The position numbers were made by a program, and so were the translations under genes. Below are positions 9,517 to 18,949 of a stretch of DNA of 40,250 nt, in pieces. The notes under the pieces were generated by a model that was given only the letters and a program-made list of their open reading frames with translations, was not told the origin of the DNA and ran no database searches. The stretch is taken from assembly GCA_965218295.1 (NCBI GenBank), contig CBDCKN010000007.1, forward strand, positions 1 to 40,250, given 5' to 3'. Origin of the DNA: Longimicrobiales bacterium. GTDB taxonomy: Bacteria > Gemmatimonadota > Gemmatimonadetes > Longimicrobiales > Gaopeijiaceae. Positions within the stretch are counted from its first letter, which is position 1. Every line of letters begins with the position of its first letter.

Positions 9517-10749
9517 TCAGGCTTCCTTCTTCTGCTCCTCGGGGTGGAGCACGAGAAGGGGTGGGACCTCCTGATCGACGCACTCCGAGGTGACCACTAC
9601 CTCGCGGACGTCCGTGCGGGACGGGACCTCGAACATGAGGTCGCGCATGAAGTTCTCGATGACCGAGCGCAGGCCGCGCGCACCGGTTCCCCGATCCAGG
9701 GTCTTCTCGGCGATCCTGAGCAGCGCGTCCTTGTCGAACGTCAGCCCGATGCCCTCCAGCTCGAACATCTTGGTGTACTGCTTGACCAGGGCGTTCTTGG
9801 GCTCCGAGAGGATTCTCACGAGGGCGTCCAGGTCCAGGTCGTTGAGGTGCACCGTCACCGGAAGACGCCCCACGAGCTCGGGGATGAGCCCGAACCGCTG
9901 GAGGTCCTCGGGCTCCACAAAGCGGAGAAGCTCGTCCCGCTGCTCCTCGGAGGTCTTCTCTCCGAACCCAATGCGTCTCTTCCCGAGCCGGCCTTCTACG
10001 ATCTGCTCCAGGCCGTCGAAGGCACCCCCGCAGATGAAGAGGATATTCCGCGTGTCGAGCTGGATGTACTCCTGCTGCGGATGCTTCCGACCCCCCTGAG
10101 GCGGCACAGAGGCGACCGTGCCCTCCAGGATCTTGAGGAGCGCTTGCTGCACACCCTCACCCGAGACGTCCCGGGTAATGGACGGATTCTCCGACTTGCG
10201 GGCGATCTTGTCCATCTCGTCGATGTAGACGATCCCCCGCTCGCACTCGGCCACGTTGAAATCGGCGGCCTGCAGCAGCCGCACGAGGATGTTCTCCACG
10301 TCCTCGCCCACGTATCCGGCTTCGGTGAGGGTCGTGGCATCGGCGATGGTGAAGGGGACGTGGAGGATCCGGGCGAGGGTCTGGGCGAGGAGGGTCTTTC
10401 CGACTCCCGTCGGCCCGAGGAGGAGGATGTTCGCCTTGTCGATCTCGACTTCGTCGAGGACACCCTGGTTGTTGACCCGCTTGTAGTGGTTGAAGACGGC
10501 GACGGCAAGGGCACGCTTGGCGAGCTCCTGGCCGATCACGTACTGGTCAAGGACTTCCTTGATCTCCTGCGGCGTCGGACTGGGAACTATGGATTCTGCA
10601 GCTTCTCGCTCATCTTCCTCCGCGAGGATCTCGTTGCAGAGCGAGATGCACTCGTTACAGATGTAGACGGAGGGTCCGGAGATGAACTTCTTGACGCTCT
10701 CCTTGGACTTTCCGCAGAAGCTGCAGCGCAGGTGTTTGTCACTGGACAT
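9517..10749 (-). CDS. clpX: ATP-dependent Clp protease ATP-binding subunit ClpX
   Basis: CSFCGK...CNEC zinc-binding domain, [31 protein letters not shown] loop. Confidence 0.98.
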   Translation of the reverse strand: MSSDKHLRCSFCGKSKESVKKFISGPSVYICNECISLCNEILAEEDEREAAESIVPSPTPQEIKEVLDQYVIGQELAKRALAVAVFNHYKRVNNQGVLDEVEIDKANILLLGPTGVGKTLLAQTLARILHVPFTIADATTLTEAGYVGEDVENILVRLLQAADFNVAECERGIVYIDEMDKIARKSENPSITRDVSGEGVQQALLKILEGTVASVPPQGGRKHPQQEYIQLDTRNILFICGGAFDGLEQIVEGRLGKRRIGFGEKTSEEQRDELLRFVEPEDLQRFGLIPELVGRLPVTVHLNDLDLDALVRILSEPKNALVKQYTKMFELEGIGLTFDKDALLRIAEKTLDRGTGARGLRSVIENFMRDLMFEVPSRTDVREVVVTSECVDQEVPPLLVLHPEEQKKEA

Positions 10750-10779
10750 TTCGTGCGTCCTCGATAGTCTTCCGCTGTT

Positions 10780-11433
10780 CTACTCTTCGTCGTCCTCGTC
10801 GGACCCGTCAACCTTTTCGTGCGAGTCTTTCGGCTTCGAGCCGTTCGACAAGGGGCCCTCGAGAATCCGGTCGATCAGGCCGTACTCCACTGCCTCTTCC
10901 GGGCTCATGAAGCGATCTCGATCGACATCGTCCTGGATGCGCTCGAGGGGCTGCCCAGTGTGTTTGGACAGGATCTCGTTGAGCCGCTGTCTCGTGTAGA
11001 CGATCTCCTTGGCAGCGATCTCGATGTCGGCCGCCGTACCCTGGGATCCGCCGGAAGGCTGGTGGATCATGATCCGGGCATTGGGCAGAGCGCCCCGCTT
11101 ACCCTTTTCGCCGGCGGCCACGAGCACTGCGCCCATCGAGGCTGCGATGCCCACCGCGAACGTGGAAACCGGCGCGCGCATGTGCTGGATCGTGTCGTAG
11201 ATGGCCAATCCTGCGTAGACCCCACCCCCGGGCGAGTTCACGTAGAGATAGACGTCGCGCTCCGGATCCTCAGCGTCGAGGAACAAGAGCTGGGCGACGA
11301 TGATGTTGGCCACGTTGTCGTCGATGGGCGTGCCCAGAAAGATGATGCGGTCCATGAGGAGGCGGCTGAAGATGTCATAGCTCCGCTCGCCGCGACTCGT
11401 TCGCTCGATGACGTACGGTGGATAGATCGGCAT
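10780..11433 (-). CDS. clpP: ATP-dependent Clp protease proteolytic subunit
   Basis: [28 protein letters not shown] (Ser), MIHQP (His), DRDRFM (Asp). Confidence 0.97.
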   Translation of the reverse strand: MPIYPPYVIERTSRGERSYDIFSRLLMDRIIFLGTPIDDNVANIIVAQLLFLDAEDPERDVYLYVNSPGGGVYAGLAIYDTIQHMRAPVSTFAVGIAASMGAVLVAAGEKGKRGALPNARIMIHQPSGGSQGTAADIEIAAKEIVYTRQRLNEILSKHTGQPLERIQDDVDRDRFMSPEEAVEYGLIDRILEGPLSNGSKPKDSHEKVDGSDEDDEE

Positions 11434-11461
11434 TGGCTCAAGTTGCTCCGTTCTCGTCGGG

Positions 11462-12724
11462 TCAGTTCTCTACGATCTCCGACTGCTCTTTGAGAAATTC
11501 GAAGACCTTTCGTTCGGTGATCTCTCTCTCCAGTGCCTCTAATCTCTCGCTTTTCTGCAGATTGGCGTAGACCTTGGCCGGGCTCTCGCCACTCTTGTCG
11601 GCGATTTCCTCGACGCGGGAGTCGATCTCCTCCTCGGTCGCCTGGAGTCCCTGGCTCTCCGACACCTTGTCGATCACCAGGATCCGCTTGACCACCCGCT
11701 CGGCTTGGGGCGTGATCTGCTCTTTCGCCTCCTGCCACTTCTCCGGAGGCACTTCCTCCGGGCTCCCGAGAAGCGACTCCACATAACGGTCCACCATGGA
11801 CACCGGCACCGTGAAGGGATTCGCCTCGAGGATGGAGTCCAGAAGCTTGCTCCGGACGACGCCTTCCGCCTGATCCTCTGCTTCCCTCTGCAGATCCGAC
11901 CGGACCTTCCGCGAGAGATCCTCCATCCCCTCGAAGTCACCCAGGCTGCGAGCGAACTCCTCATTCAGCTCCGGAAGCTCCAGAGTCTGAATCGAGCTCA
12001 AGTGGATGCGGAGATGCTCTTCCCCGCCTCGCCGCTCTTCGTTCGGGAAATCGTCGGGAAAGCGGACTACGAACTCCCCGCCGGTTCCGATCTCCAGCGA
12101 TTTGATGGCTTCCTCGATGTCGGGGATGGCGTCCCCTCGGCCGAGCACGAACTCGTAGGGTTGCGTCACTCCCTCGGCTCCGTCCTCGAGTCGTTCGATC
12201 TCCACGCTGACCAGGTTGCCGTCCTCAGACCTGCCGCTGTCCAAGGCCCTCCACTTCCCGTTCTGTTCCCGGAGTTGCTTCAGGACCTGCTGCAGCTTCT
12301 CGTCCAGACCGTCGACGCCGGGGCGCTCGATCTTGAAGCCACCCGGCCGGGGAATCTCGATCTCGGGTCTGACGTCGAACGAGATGGAGAAGGTCAGGTC
12401 CTGCTCCGGTTCGTACTGGACGTTGCCGACCTCCCCTTCCGAGATGGGGCTCAGCTCGTTCTGGCTGAGCGCCTCCCGGTATGCCGCCCCGATGAGCTTG
12501 TCGAGCGCTTCCCGATTCAGGGCGGCTCCGTAACGCTTTTCCACCACGTCAGCCGGAACCCGTCCCTTACGGAAGCCCGGAAGCTTGAGACGTGACGCGA
12601 GCTCTCCCGTGATACGGCGCCGTTCGGACTGAACCATGCCCGCCGGCACGGTAACGCTCATTATACGGCGCCAGCGCTCGCCCTCCTCCACGGAGATCCG
12701 AAGCTGTGTTCCGTCAATAGCCAT
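11462..12724 (-). CDS. tig: Trigger factor
   Basis: [10 protein letters not shown] ribosome-binding signature; FKBP-like middle (VRFPDDF); tig-clpP-clpX-lon order. Confidence 0.93.
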   Translation of the reverse strand: MAIDGTQLRISVEEGERWRRIMSVTVPAGMVQSERRRITGELASRLKLPGFRKGRVPADVVEKRYGAALNREALDKLIGAAYREALSQNELSPISEGEVGNVQYEPEQDLTFSISFDVRPEIEIPRPGGFKIERPGVDGLDEKLQQVLKQLREQNGKWRALDSGRSEDGNLVSVEIERLEDGAEGVTQPYEFVLGRGDAIPDIEEAIKSLEIGTGGEFVVRFPDDFPNEERRGGEEHLRIHLSSIQTLELPELNEEFARSLGDFEGMEDLSRKVRSDLQREAEDQAEGVVRSKLLDSILEANPFTVPVSMVDRYVESLLGSPEEVPPEKWQEAKEQITPQAERVVKRILVIDKVSESQGLQATEEEIDSRVEEIADKSGESPAKVYANLQKSERLEALEREITERKVFEFLKEQSEIVEN

Positions 12725-12743
12725 CTACGCTCAATCCCTCACG

Positions 12744-12764
12744 AAAAGAATCGGCATCGATTCC
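12744..12764 (-). terminator. Weak hairpin with short U-tract between tRNA-Leu and tig
   Basis: Minus strand gaatcg-atgc-cgattc followed by tttt. Confidence 0.35.
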
Positions 12765-12775
12765 GAAAAGCTGAA

Positions 12776-12859
12776 TGCGAAAGGGGGGACTCGAACCCCC
12801 ACGGCATTAAAGCCACAGGATCCTAAATCCTGCGCGTCTACCAGTTCCGCCACTTTCGC
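12776..12859 (-). tRNA. tRNA-Leu (anticodon TAG)
   Basis: Minus strand GCGAAAG-TGGCGGAACTGGTAGACGCG-CAGGA-TTTAGGA-TCCTG, long variable arm, GGGGGTTCGAGTCCCCC, CTTTCGC-A; CCA not encoded. Confidence 0.96.
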
Positions 12860-12947
12860 CAGTAATCTCGCCGAAAATCGGGCATTATGCTGGATTAGAA
12901 GAAGATAACCGAGCCCGAAAACGCCATCAACAGATAGGGCTCTTGGG

Positions 12948-12982
12948 CAAAGGAAGGGCGCGCCACCCAAGGGCGACGCGCC
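12948..12982 (-). terminator. Probable intrinsic terminator downstream of htrA
   Basis: Minus strand stem ggcgcgtcgccc-tt-gggtggcgcgcc followed by cttcctttg. Confidence 0.55.
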
Positions 12983-13011
12983 TCTCTCATCCGAGTCCGT
13001 TACGGTCAGGG

Positions 13012-14559
13012 TTAGCCGGGAACCCGTACGTGGATCACCCGCTGCTGACCGTTGGCAGTCACCACACGGACAGTGACGATGTCCCCGCGGTCTACGTCGT
13101 CCATGATACGCCTTACGTCTGCGGCACTGCCGACCGGCCGCCGGTTGATCTCCAGCACTTTGTAGCCTTCCCTCAACCCCCTCCGAAAGGCGGGGCCGTT
13201 CACCTGGGCGTCGGTGATGACCGCACCGTCGACCTCGCGGAAGCCGTACTCCGAAGCGGACTCGCGCGTCATATTCTCGATGCGCAGGCCGAGCTTGTCG
13301 TCCATCCGCGCTTCGTCATGCACCGGTGCGGCGGCCATGGTGGCAGGCTCGCTGCTTAAGGGAGCTTCACCGAGGCGCACGTTGATCGTCAAGGGTCGAC
13401 GGTTGCGATAGACCGTCACGCCGATCCAATCGCCCGGATGCTTGCGTGCGATGCTCTGCTGCAGCTGACCGACCCGGCCGATGGGTTGATCGTCGATGGC
13501 CACGATGACGTCGTAGAGCTCGAGCCCGTACTCCTCCGCCGGACCACCTCGGGTGATCGTGGTCACCTCCACGCCGGAGACGATGCGCAGGCCGTAGCTC
13601 TCGGCCGAGATGGCGTCGACACCCGTCATGCCGATGCCCAGCAAGGCCCTGCGCACCTGCCCGTACTCGACCAGATCCTTCATAACCCGATAGGCCAGGT
13701 CGATGGGGATGGCGAAGCCGTAACCTTGATAATACCCCGTCCTGCTGGCGATGGCCGAGTTGATGCCTACCACCTGACCCCGGAGGTTCACCATCGGGCC
13801 GCCCGAATTACCCGGGTTGATCACGGCGTCCGTCTGGATGAAGTCCTCGATGGCGAATCCCTGGTTGCCGGCCGTCTCCTCATCCTGTGCCAGCTCGCGC
13901 TGAAGCAGCTGCAGAGGCCGGCCGAGAGCGCTGACGATGCCTACCGTTACCGTGTAGTCCAGGGGGCGGCTCGTGCCACCGAATCCCGGATTGCCGATGG
14001 CCACGATCCACTCGCCCACACGGAGCTCGTCGGAGCTTCCGAGACTCAGCTTGGTGAGGCCGTCCGCGTCGATCTTGATGACCGCCACGTCCGTAAACGG
14101 ATCCCGCCCCACCAGCGTGGCGGGGAAGGACCGTCTGTCCTGGAGGAACACGGTCAGGGTGCTGGCGTCGGCAACGACGTGGTTGTTGGTGAGGATGTAT
14201 CCGTCGTTCGAGACGATGAACCCGCTTCCACCCGACACTTGGTCGGGCCGATCCCGCTGATCCTGCTCGGGGAAGTTCCGGAACAGTCGGCTGGGCGGCT
14301 GTTGGGAGAGCTGGATCTGTCTCCGCGCCTCGATCCGCACCACCGCAGGGGTCACCATCTCGGCGACGTTGACGAATGCGTCGCTGAGGTCCATGGCGGG
14401 CTTGACGGCTTCCACCGGGATCTGTGACTGGGTATCGATGACCGGCATCGAATACATCACGCCCGTCCACCCGAGTCCAGAGGCGATGCCCAGCCCGAAC
14501 AGGGAGGCCACCGCCGAGTAGAATACGATCTTCATCTTTGCACGAAGAGGATCATACAT
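13012..14559 (-). CDS. htrA: HtrA/DegP/DegQ-family serine protease with two PDZ domains
   Basis: N-terminal hydrophobic segment, GSGFIV, ILTNNHVV, TDVAVIK, IQTDAVINPGNSGGPMVN, two PDZ-like C-terminal domains. Confidence 0.93.
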   Translation of the reverse strand: MYDPLRAKMKIVFYSAVASLFGLGIASGLGWTGVMYSMPVIDTQSQIPVEAVKPAMDLSDAFVNVAEMVTPAVVRIEARRQIQLSQQPPSRLFRNFPEQDQRDRPDQVSGGSGFIVSNDGYILTNNHVVADASTLTVFLQDRRSFPATLVGRDPFTDVAVIKIDADGLTKLSLGSSDELRVGEWIVAIGNPGFGGTSRPLDYTVTVGIVSALGRPLQLLQRELAQDEETAGNQGFAIEDFIQTDAVINPGNSGGPMVNLRGQVVGINSAIASRTGYYQGYGFAIPIDLAYRVMKDLVEYGQVRRALLGIGMTGVDAISAESYGLRIVSGVEVTTITRGGPAEEYGLELYDVIVAIDDQPIGRVGQLQQSIARKHPGDWIGVTVYRNRRPLTINVRLGEAPLSSEPATMAAAPVHDEARMDDKLGLRIENMTRESASEYGFREVDGAVITDAQVNGPAFRRGLREGYKVLEINRRPVGSAADVRRIMDDVDRGDIVTVRVVTANGQQRVIHVRVPG

Positions 14560-14649
14560 GTCCGGTATTTCCTCACTTCCGGTATCGATTGCCTGCCGCC
14601 TACCAACACGCCGGCTCGTACTACCCTGGACACGGACACGACGATCCGC

Positions 14650-14708
14650 CTAGTGTCCCGTTACCAAAGTGTCTCGTCCTGTCGAGGGCACGGTGCATCC
14701 GTGGGCTC
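14650..14708. mobile_element. MITE-like element, left-half copy (consensus positions 1-59)
   Basis: 56/59 identical to 377-435, starts with CTAG, then diverges abruptly. Confidence 0.88.
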
Positions 14709-14752
14709 CTTCTACACTTTCTCGGACGCGAAGCCGGTCGGCCACGGTTGCA

Positions 14753-14845
14753 CGGCCGGGGAGGGTCGGCACCCCCGGAGGCGCCGCTGCGCTACTGCCG
14801 CTTCGCGGCAGACGCGCCTCCGTGCGTACCGACCCTCCCCGGCCG
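14753..14845. repeat. Nested GC-rich palindrome (second structured element)
   Basis: Perfect 17-bp arms cggccggggagggtcgg (14753-14769) / ccgaccctccccggccg (14829-14845); inner ggaggcgc/gcgcctcc and ctgccgc-ttc-gcggcag stems. Confidence 0.8.
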
Positions 14846-14924
14846 ACTCCCCCGAGGCTTTTTCGAAGCGAAGGAACGCAGGTCGGTCTCACCACGCCTA
14901 CCTGAGATGTGAGCCGTCGGCGGT

Positions 14925-14950
14925 CACGACGGTTCAAGCTGACCGTCGTG
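14925..14950. terminator. Hairpin downstream of dnaK (possible terminator or stabiliser)
   Basis: cacgacggt-N8-accgtcgtg about 30 nt past the dnaK stop; no clear U-tract. Confidence 0.4.
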
Positions 14951-14979
14951 CCATTCGCTCGCCTAGCACCCCGCGATTC

Positions 14980-16896
14980 CTATCCTTCGTCGACGATCTC
15001 GTAGTCGGCCTCGACTACCTCTTCCTCCGCCTCGGCGCTCTCGGCCTCGGTCGCGTCGCCCTCGCCTTCATCGTCGGGCTGGGCTTCGGCGGCCTGGGAC
15101 TGGTACATCTCCTGCCCGGCGACGCTGAAGGCCTGCATCAGCTCGTCCCGGGCCGAGTTGAACGTCGCTGCGTCGTCGCCCTTGAGGGCTTCCTTGCCGG
15201 CTTCCACGGCCTGATCGAGCCGCTCTTTCGTGCCCTCGGAGACCTGATCGCCCCACTCCTCGGAGTCCTTCTCCACCTGGTAGACCAGGGAGTCGAGCTG
15301 GTTGCGGGCCTCGACCGTCCCTCGCCGCTCCTCGTCTTCGTCCGCGTGCGCCTCGGCGTCCTTCATCATCTTGTCGATTTCAGTGTCGCTGAGTCCGCTG
15401 GACGCTTCGATGCGGATCTTCTGCTCCTTGCCCGTGGCGTGGTCCTTGGCCGAAACGTGAAGGATTCCGTTCGCGTCGATGTCGAAGGTGACCTCCACCT
15501 GGGGCATGCCCCGAGGAGCCGGCGGAATGCCGGTGAGCTGGAACTTGCCGATGGTCTTGTTGTCGACGGCCATCTTGCGCTCGCCCTGGAGCACATGGAT
15601 CTCCACGGTGGTCTGATTGTCCTCCGCCGTGGAGAAGATCTCGGCCTTCTCGGTAGGGATGGTCGTGTTCCGGCTGATCAGAGGGGTCATGACGCCGCCG
15701 AGCGTCTCGATCCCCAGTGACAGCGGCGTCACGTCCAGCAGCAGCACGTCCGTCACGTCGCCGGCCAGAACGCCTCCCTGGATGGAGGCTCCCACGCCCA
15801 CGACCTCGTCGGGGTTTACGCCCCTGTGGGGGTCCTTCCCGAAGAACTCGGTGACGATTTCCTGGATCTTCGGGATCCGGGTAGAGCCACCCACCAAGAT
15901 GATCTCGTCGATCTCGGACGGGTCGAGCCCTGCATCCTCGAGAGCCTGTTTCATGGGCGGGATGGTGCGCTCGACGAGATCGTCCACGAGCTGCTCCAGC
16001 TTGGCCCGGGTCAGCGCGTAGTTCAGGTGCTTGGGGCCCTCCTGTGTGGCCGTGATGAACGGGAGGTTGATGTCGGTCTGGTGCGTCGAGGAGAGCTCCA
16101 TCTTGGCCTTCTCGGACGCCTCCTTGAGGCGCTGGAGAGCCATGGCGTCCTTGGAGAGGTCGATCCCCTGGTCCTTCTTGAACTCGGCGACGAGCCAGTT
16201 GATGATCTTCTGGTCGAAGTCGTCACCACCCAGGTGGGTGTCACCGTTGGTGGACTTCACCTCGAAGACGCCGTCCCCCAACTCGAGGACGGAGATGTCG
16301 TACGTCCCGCCTCCGAGATCGAACACGGCGATCTTCTCGTCGCCCTTCTTGTCCAGCCCGTACGCCAGAGCGGCGGCGGTGGGCTCGTTGATGATGCGAA
16401 GTACGTCTAGGCCGGCGATCTTCCCGGCGTCCTTCGTGGCCTGCCGCTGGGCGTCATTGAAGTAGGCCGGCACCGTGATCACGGCCTGCTCGACCTTCGT
16501 CCCCAGGTAATCCTCGGCGGTCTGCCTCATCTTCTGCAGGATCATGGCCGAGATCTCGGGGGGTGTGAACGTCTTGTCTGCGTTCGGGACCTTCACCTGA
16601 ACGCGGCCCTTAGCGTCGGTCTCCACGGCATAGGGGACCAGCTTCTGCTCTTCGGTCACCTCGGTGCCCTTGCGGCCCATGAACCGCTTGATGGAGAAGA
16701 TGGTGTTCTCCGGATTGGTGATGGCCTGTCGTCGTGCCACCTGACCTACGAGACGCTCACCATCCTTCGTGAAGGCCACCACGGACGGCGTGGTGCGTCC
16801 ACCCTCCGAGTTGGGAATGACGACGGGCTCGCCCCCCTCCATGACGGCGACTACCGAGTTGGTGGTCCCCAGGTCGATGCCGATTACCTTTCCCAT
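14980..16896 (-). CDS. dnaK: Molecular chaperone DnaK (Hsp70)
   Basis: [67 protein letters not shown] before ATG 16896. Confidence 0.98.
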   Translation of the reverse strand: MGKVIGIDLGTTNSVVAVMEGGEPVVIPNSEGGRTTPSVVAFTKDGERLVGQVARRQAITNPENTIFSIKRFMGRKGTEVTEEQKLVPYAVETDAKGRVQVKVPNADKTFTPPEISAMILQKMRQTAEDYLGTKVEQAVITVPAYFNDAQRQATKDAGKIAGLDVLRIINEPTAAALAYGLDKKGDEKIAVFDLGGGTYDISVLELGDGVFEVKSTNGDTHLGGDDFDQKIINWLVAEFKKDQGIDLSKDAMALQRLKEASEKAKMELSSTHQTDINLPFITATQEGPKHLNYALTRAKLEQLVDDLVERTIPPMKQALEDAGLDPSEIDEIILVGGSTRIPKIQEIVTEFFGKDPHRGVNPDEVVGVGASIQGGVLAGDVTDVLLLDVTPLSLGIETLGGVMTPLISRNTTIPTEKAEIFSTAEDNQTTVEIHVLQGERKMAVDNKTIGKFQLTGIPPAPRGMPQVEVTFDIDANGILHVSAKDHATGKEQKIRIEASSGLSDTEIDKMMKDAEAHADEDEERRGTVEARNQLDSLVYQVEKDSEEWGDQVSEGTKERLDQAVEAGKEALKGDDAATFNSARDELMQAFSVAGQEMYQSQAAEAQPDDEGEGDATEAESAEAEEEVVEADYEIVDEG

Positions 16897-16963
16897 GTCT
16901 GCTCCTTTACGGGCCTGACGAGTATGTGATGGGCCCCAATTTGGGGTCCTCCGTGTATTCTCC

Positions 16964-16979
16964 TGGCACGGCATGTGCA
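16964..16979 (+). promoter_or_regulatory. Sigma-54 -24/-12 motif facing the rhomboid pseudogene and nupC
   Basis: TGGCACGGCATGTGCA versus consensus TGGCACG-N4-TTGCW; GG-N10-GC spacing exact. Confidence 0.6.
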
Positions 16980-16991
16980 ATGATCATGCCC
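16976..16991 (-). promoter_or_regulatory. Sigma-54 -24/-12 motif facing dnaK
   Basis: Minus strand GGGCATGATCATTGCA; GG-N10-GC spacing exact; about 80 nt upstream of the dnaK ATG. Confidence 0.65.
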
Positions 16992-17010
16992 AGTGCGAGG
17001 CTCAAAAAGC

Positions 17011-17053
17011 CGCCAAACTGGCGCCTTTCCGGCAGTATCCTGCCAAAATGGCA
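17011..17053. promoter_or_regulatory. Paired palindromic sites (candidate activator binding sites)
   Basis: CGCCA-AAC-TGGCG (17011-17023) and TGCCA-AAA-TGGCA (17041-17053), 30 bp apart. Confidence 0.55.
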
Positions 17054-17069
17054 TATTGCGGAGGAGCTC

Positions 17070-17270
17070 GTGTTTCCCATCTACGACGACAACCCCACGG
17101 AGATCTTCCCGATCTTCACCCTGGGCCTCATCGCTGCCACGGTCTTCGTCTGAGTCTACGTGCAGGGAGCGGGGTTGTCTCCGGGATCCCTCGACGCCTC
17201 GATCTGCGCGTTGGGGATGATCCCGGGTTCCTGTGGATCTTCGGGAACAACGTGGAGGACTCCATGGCAC
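17070..17270 (+). pseudogene. Rhomboid-family intramembrane serine protease remnant
   Basis: RBS GGAGGAG; GTG-FPIYDDNPTEIFPIFTLGLIAATVFV-stop(TGA 17151)-VYVQGAGLSPGSLDASICALGMIP; then frame-shifted FLWIFGNNVEDSM (17228-17266), a conserved rhomboid motif; catalytic half absent. Confidence 0.8.
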
Positions 17271-17277
17271 CCGGCTG

Positions 17278-17358
17278 GCTACGCCGCGTCGCCCCGCCTT
17301 GATCCCACGGCGCCCCGACCCTCTTGGTGGCTCGCGAACTTTGGCAACGGAACACTGG
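17278..17358. mobile_element. MITE-like element, right-half copy (consensus positions 88-168)
   Basis: 78/81 identical to 464-544; terminal CTAG changed to CTGG. Confidence 0.88.
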
Positions 17359-17428
17359 ATCGTTACCGTTGGGGCCGCTCGACGGCCATGTGGTGGCGCA
17401 ACTCACAAGACGAACAGGAGCCGAGGCG

Positions 17429-18949
17429 ATGAAGCGGCCCTCCGGGGGCATCCTCTTCTTGTGGACTGCTGCGGCCATGCTCCTCTTGACCGGGGCTACG
17501 ATGGCCGGCCATTCGGACATCGATGCCAATGAGGCGGCGGGTGCCGCACGTGCCGCCATCGTACCCGTCTCCGCCCCTGGAACCGCGGTCCCCGCCCCAC
17601 TGCAGATCTCGCCTATCGGCCGTGACCTGGACACTCCGCTGGCGGACCGGGCCAGGTCTCTGCTGGGACTGCTCGTTCTCGGGCTCATCGCCTGGCTGCT
17701 CAGCGTCGACCGTAAGACCGTTCACTGGAGGGTGGTGATCTGGGGCATGGCGCTCCAGCTGCTCTTCGCGGTCTTCATCCTCAAGACTCCAGTGGGGGGG
17801 CTCGTCTTCGACGGCCTCAATCGGATGGTGATGGCCCTCCTCGGCTTCACTGTGGACGGCGCCAGCTTCATCTTCGGGAATCTGGTCTGGGACAACGTGC
17901 CCGTCGGTCAGGGTCCCGCCGGTCCGGCGGGGCAGGGGGTGTTCCAGCCGGCCCAGGGACAGGTGGCCAACACCGGGGCGCTCTTCGCCTTCAACGTGCT
18001 TCCCACCATCATCTTCTTTTCATCCCTCATGACCGTGCTCTACCACCTCGGGATCATGCAGGTGGTGGTGAAGGGCTTCGCGTGGGTCATGCAGCGGACC
18101 ATGCGCACGTCGGGAGCCGAGACGCTGTCCGCGGCGGGGAACATCTTCGTGGGCCAGACCGAGGCGCCCCTTCTCATCAAGCCCTTCCTCGACCGGATGA
18201 CCCGCTCGGAGATCATGGCGGTGATGACCGGTGGGTTCGCGACGGTGGCGGGGGGAGTTCTGGCCGCCTACGTGGGGATGCTGGTCGCCTTCTTCCCCGA
18301 CATCGCGGGGCATCTCATGGCGGCATCCGTCATGTCTGCGCCGGCGGCCCTCGTAGTGGCGAAGCTCATGTATCCGGAGACGGAAGAGCCCGAGACGTCG
18401 GGGACTCTGGAGTTGAAGGTGGAACGTTCGGACCCGAACGTCATCGGCGCCGCCGCCCGGGGTGCATCCGAAGGGCTCCATCTGGCCCTCAACGTAGGGG
18501 CCATGCTGCTGGCTTTCGTCGCCCTCGTTTTCATGATCGACGGCATTCTCGGGCTGCTCGGTGGCCTGGTGGGGGTGGAGGGTCTGTCCCTCCAGGCCAT
18601 CCTCGGGTGGTTATTTTCACCCATCGCTTGGCTCATGGGCGTCGCCTGGGTGGACGCCGCCGAGGTGGGGGCTCTCCTCGGCATGAAGACCGCTCTGAAC
18701 GAGTTCTTTGCCTACCTTCAGTTGGCCTCCACCCTGGGACAGGGCAACCTCCAGCCGAGATCGATCATCATCGCCGCGTACGCACTGTCCGGATTCGCCA
18801 ACTTCTCGTCCATCGCCATCCAGATCGGGGGGATCGGAGGGATCGCCCCGTCCCGCAAGGACGATCTTGCCCGAATCGGGCTCCGCGCCATGATCGGCGG
18901 CACCATAGCCGCGTTCATGACGGCTACGGTGGCGGGGATGCTGATTTGA
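17429..18949 (+). CDS. nupC: Concentrative nucleoside transporter, NupC/CNT family
   Basis: FAFNVLPTIIFFSSL, NIFVGQTEAPLLIKP, GFATVAGGV, GFANFSSIAIQIGG; RBS AGGAG before ATG 17429. Confidence 0.92.
   Translation: MKRPSGGILFLWTAAAMLLLTGATMAGHSDIDANEAAGAARAAIVPVSAPGTAVPAPLQISPIGRDLDTPLADRARSLLGLLVLGLIAWLLSVDRKTVHWRVVIWGMALQLLFAVFILKTPVGGLVFDGLNRMVMALLGFTVDGASFIFGNLVWDNVPVGQGPAGPAGQGVFQPAQGQVANTGALFAFNVLPTIIFFSSLMTVLYHLGIMQVVVKGFAWVMQRTMRTSGAETLSAAGNIFVGQTEAPLLIKPFLDRMTRSEIMAVMTGGFATVAGGVLAAYVGMLVAFFPDIAGHLMAASVMSAPAALVVAKLMYPETEEPETSGTLELKVERSDPNVIGAAARGASEGLHLALNVGAMLLAFVALVFMIDGILGLLGGLVGVEGLSLQAILGWLFSPIAWLMGVAWVDAAEVGALLGMKTALNEFFAYLQLASTLGQGNLQPRSIIIAAYALSGFANFSSIAIQIGGIGGIAPSRKDDLARIGLRAMIGGTIAAFMTATVAGMLI

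Noticed and set aside
8860..10767. 635-aa plus-strand ORF
   Set aside because: Antisense shadow of clpX/lon caused by GC-rich codon usage; no recognisable motifs
12776..12859. tRNA-Leu as an integration site for an island
   Set aside because: No integrase, no duplicated tRNA 3' end seen, and flanks are core genes
14589..14604. Sigma-54-like GG-N10-GC spacing upstream of htrA (minus strand TGGTAGGCGGCAGGCA)
   Set aside because: Poor match outside the two dinucleotides; expected by chance at this GC content
14653..16410. Long plus-strand ORFs opposite dnaK
   Set aside because: Antisense open frames are a well-known artefact of GC-rich dnaK genes
16897..17069. CIRCE/HrcA operator upstream of dnaK
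   Set aside because: No TTAGCACTC-N9-GAGTGCTAA match
17257..17277. Apparent leftward extension of the element's right half (ggactcc at matching spacing)
   Set aside because: These bases encode the rhomboid EDSM motif, so the match is probably coincidental or a microhomology
377..17358. Repeats as a CRISPR array
   Set aside because: Copies are long, dispersed over kilobases, have no spacers, and no cas genes are present
18082..18945. Long N-terminal extension of the PNP ORF (567 aa in the track)
   Set aside because: Overlaps nupC out of frame; PNP homology starts only after 18946
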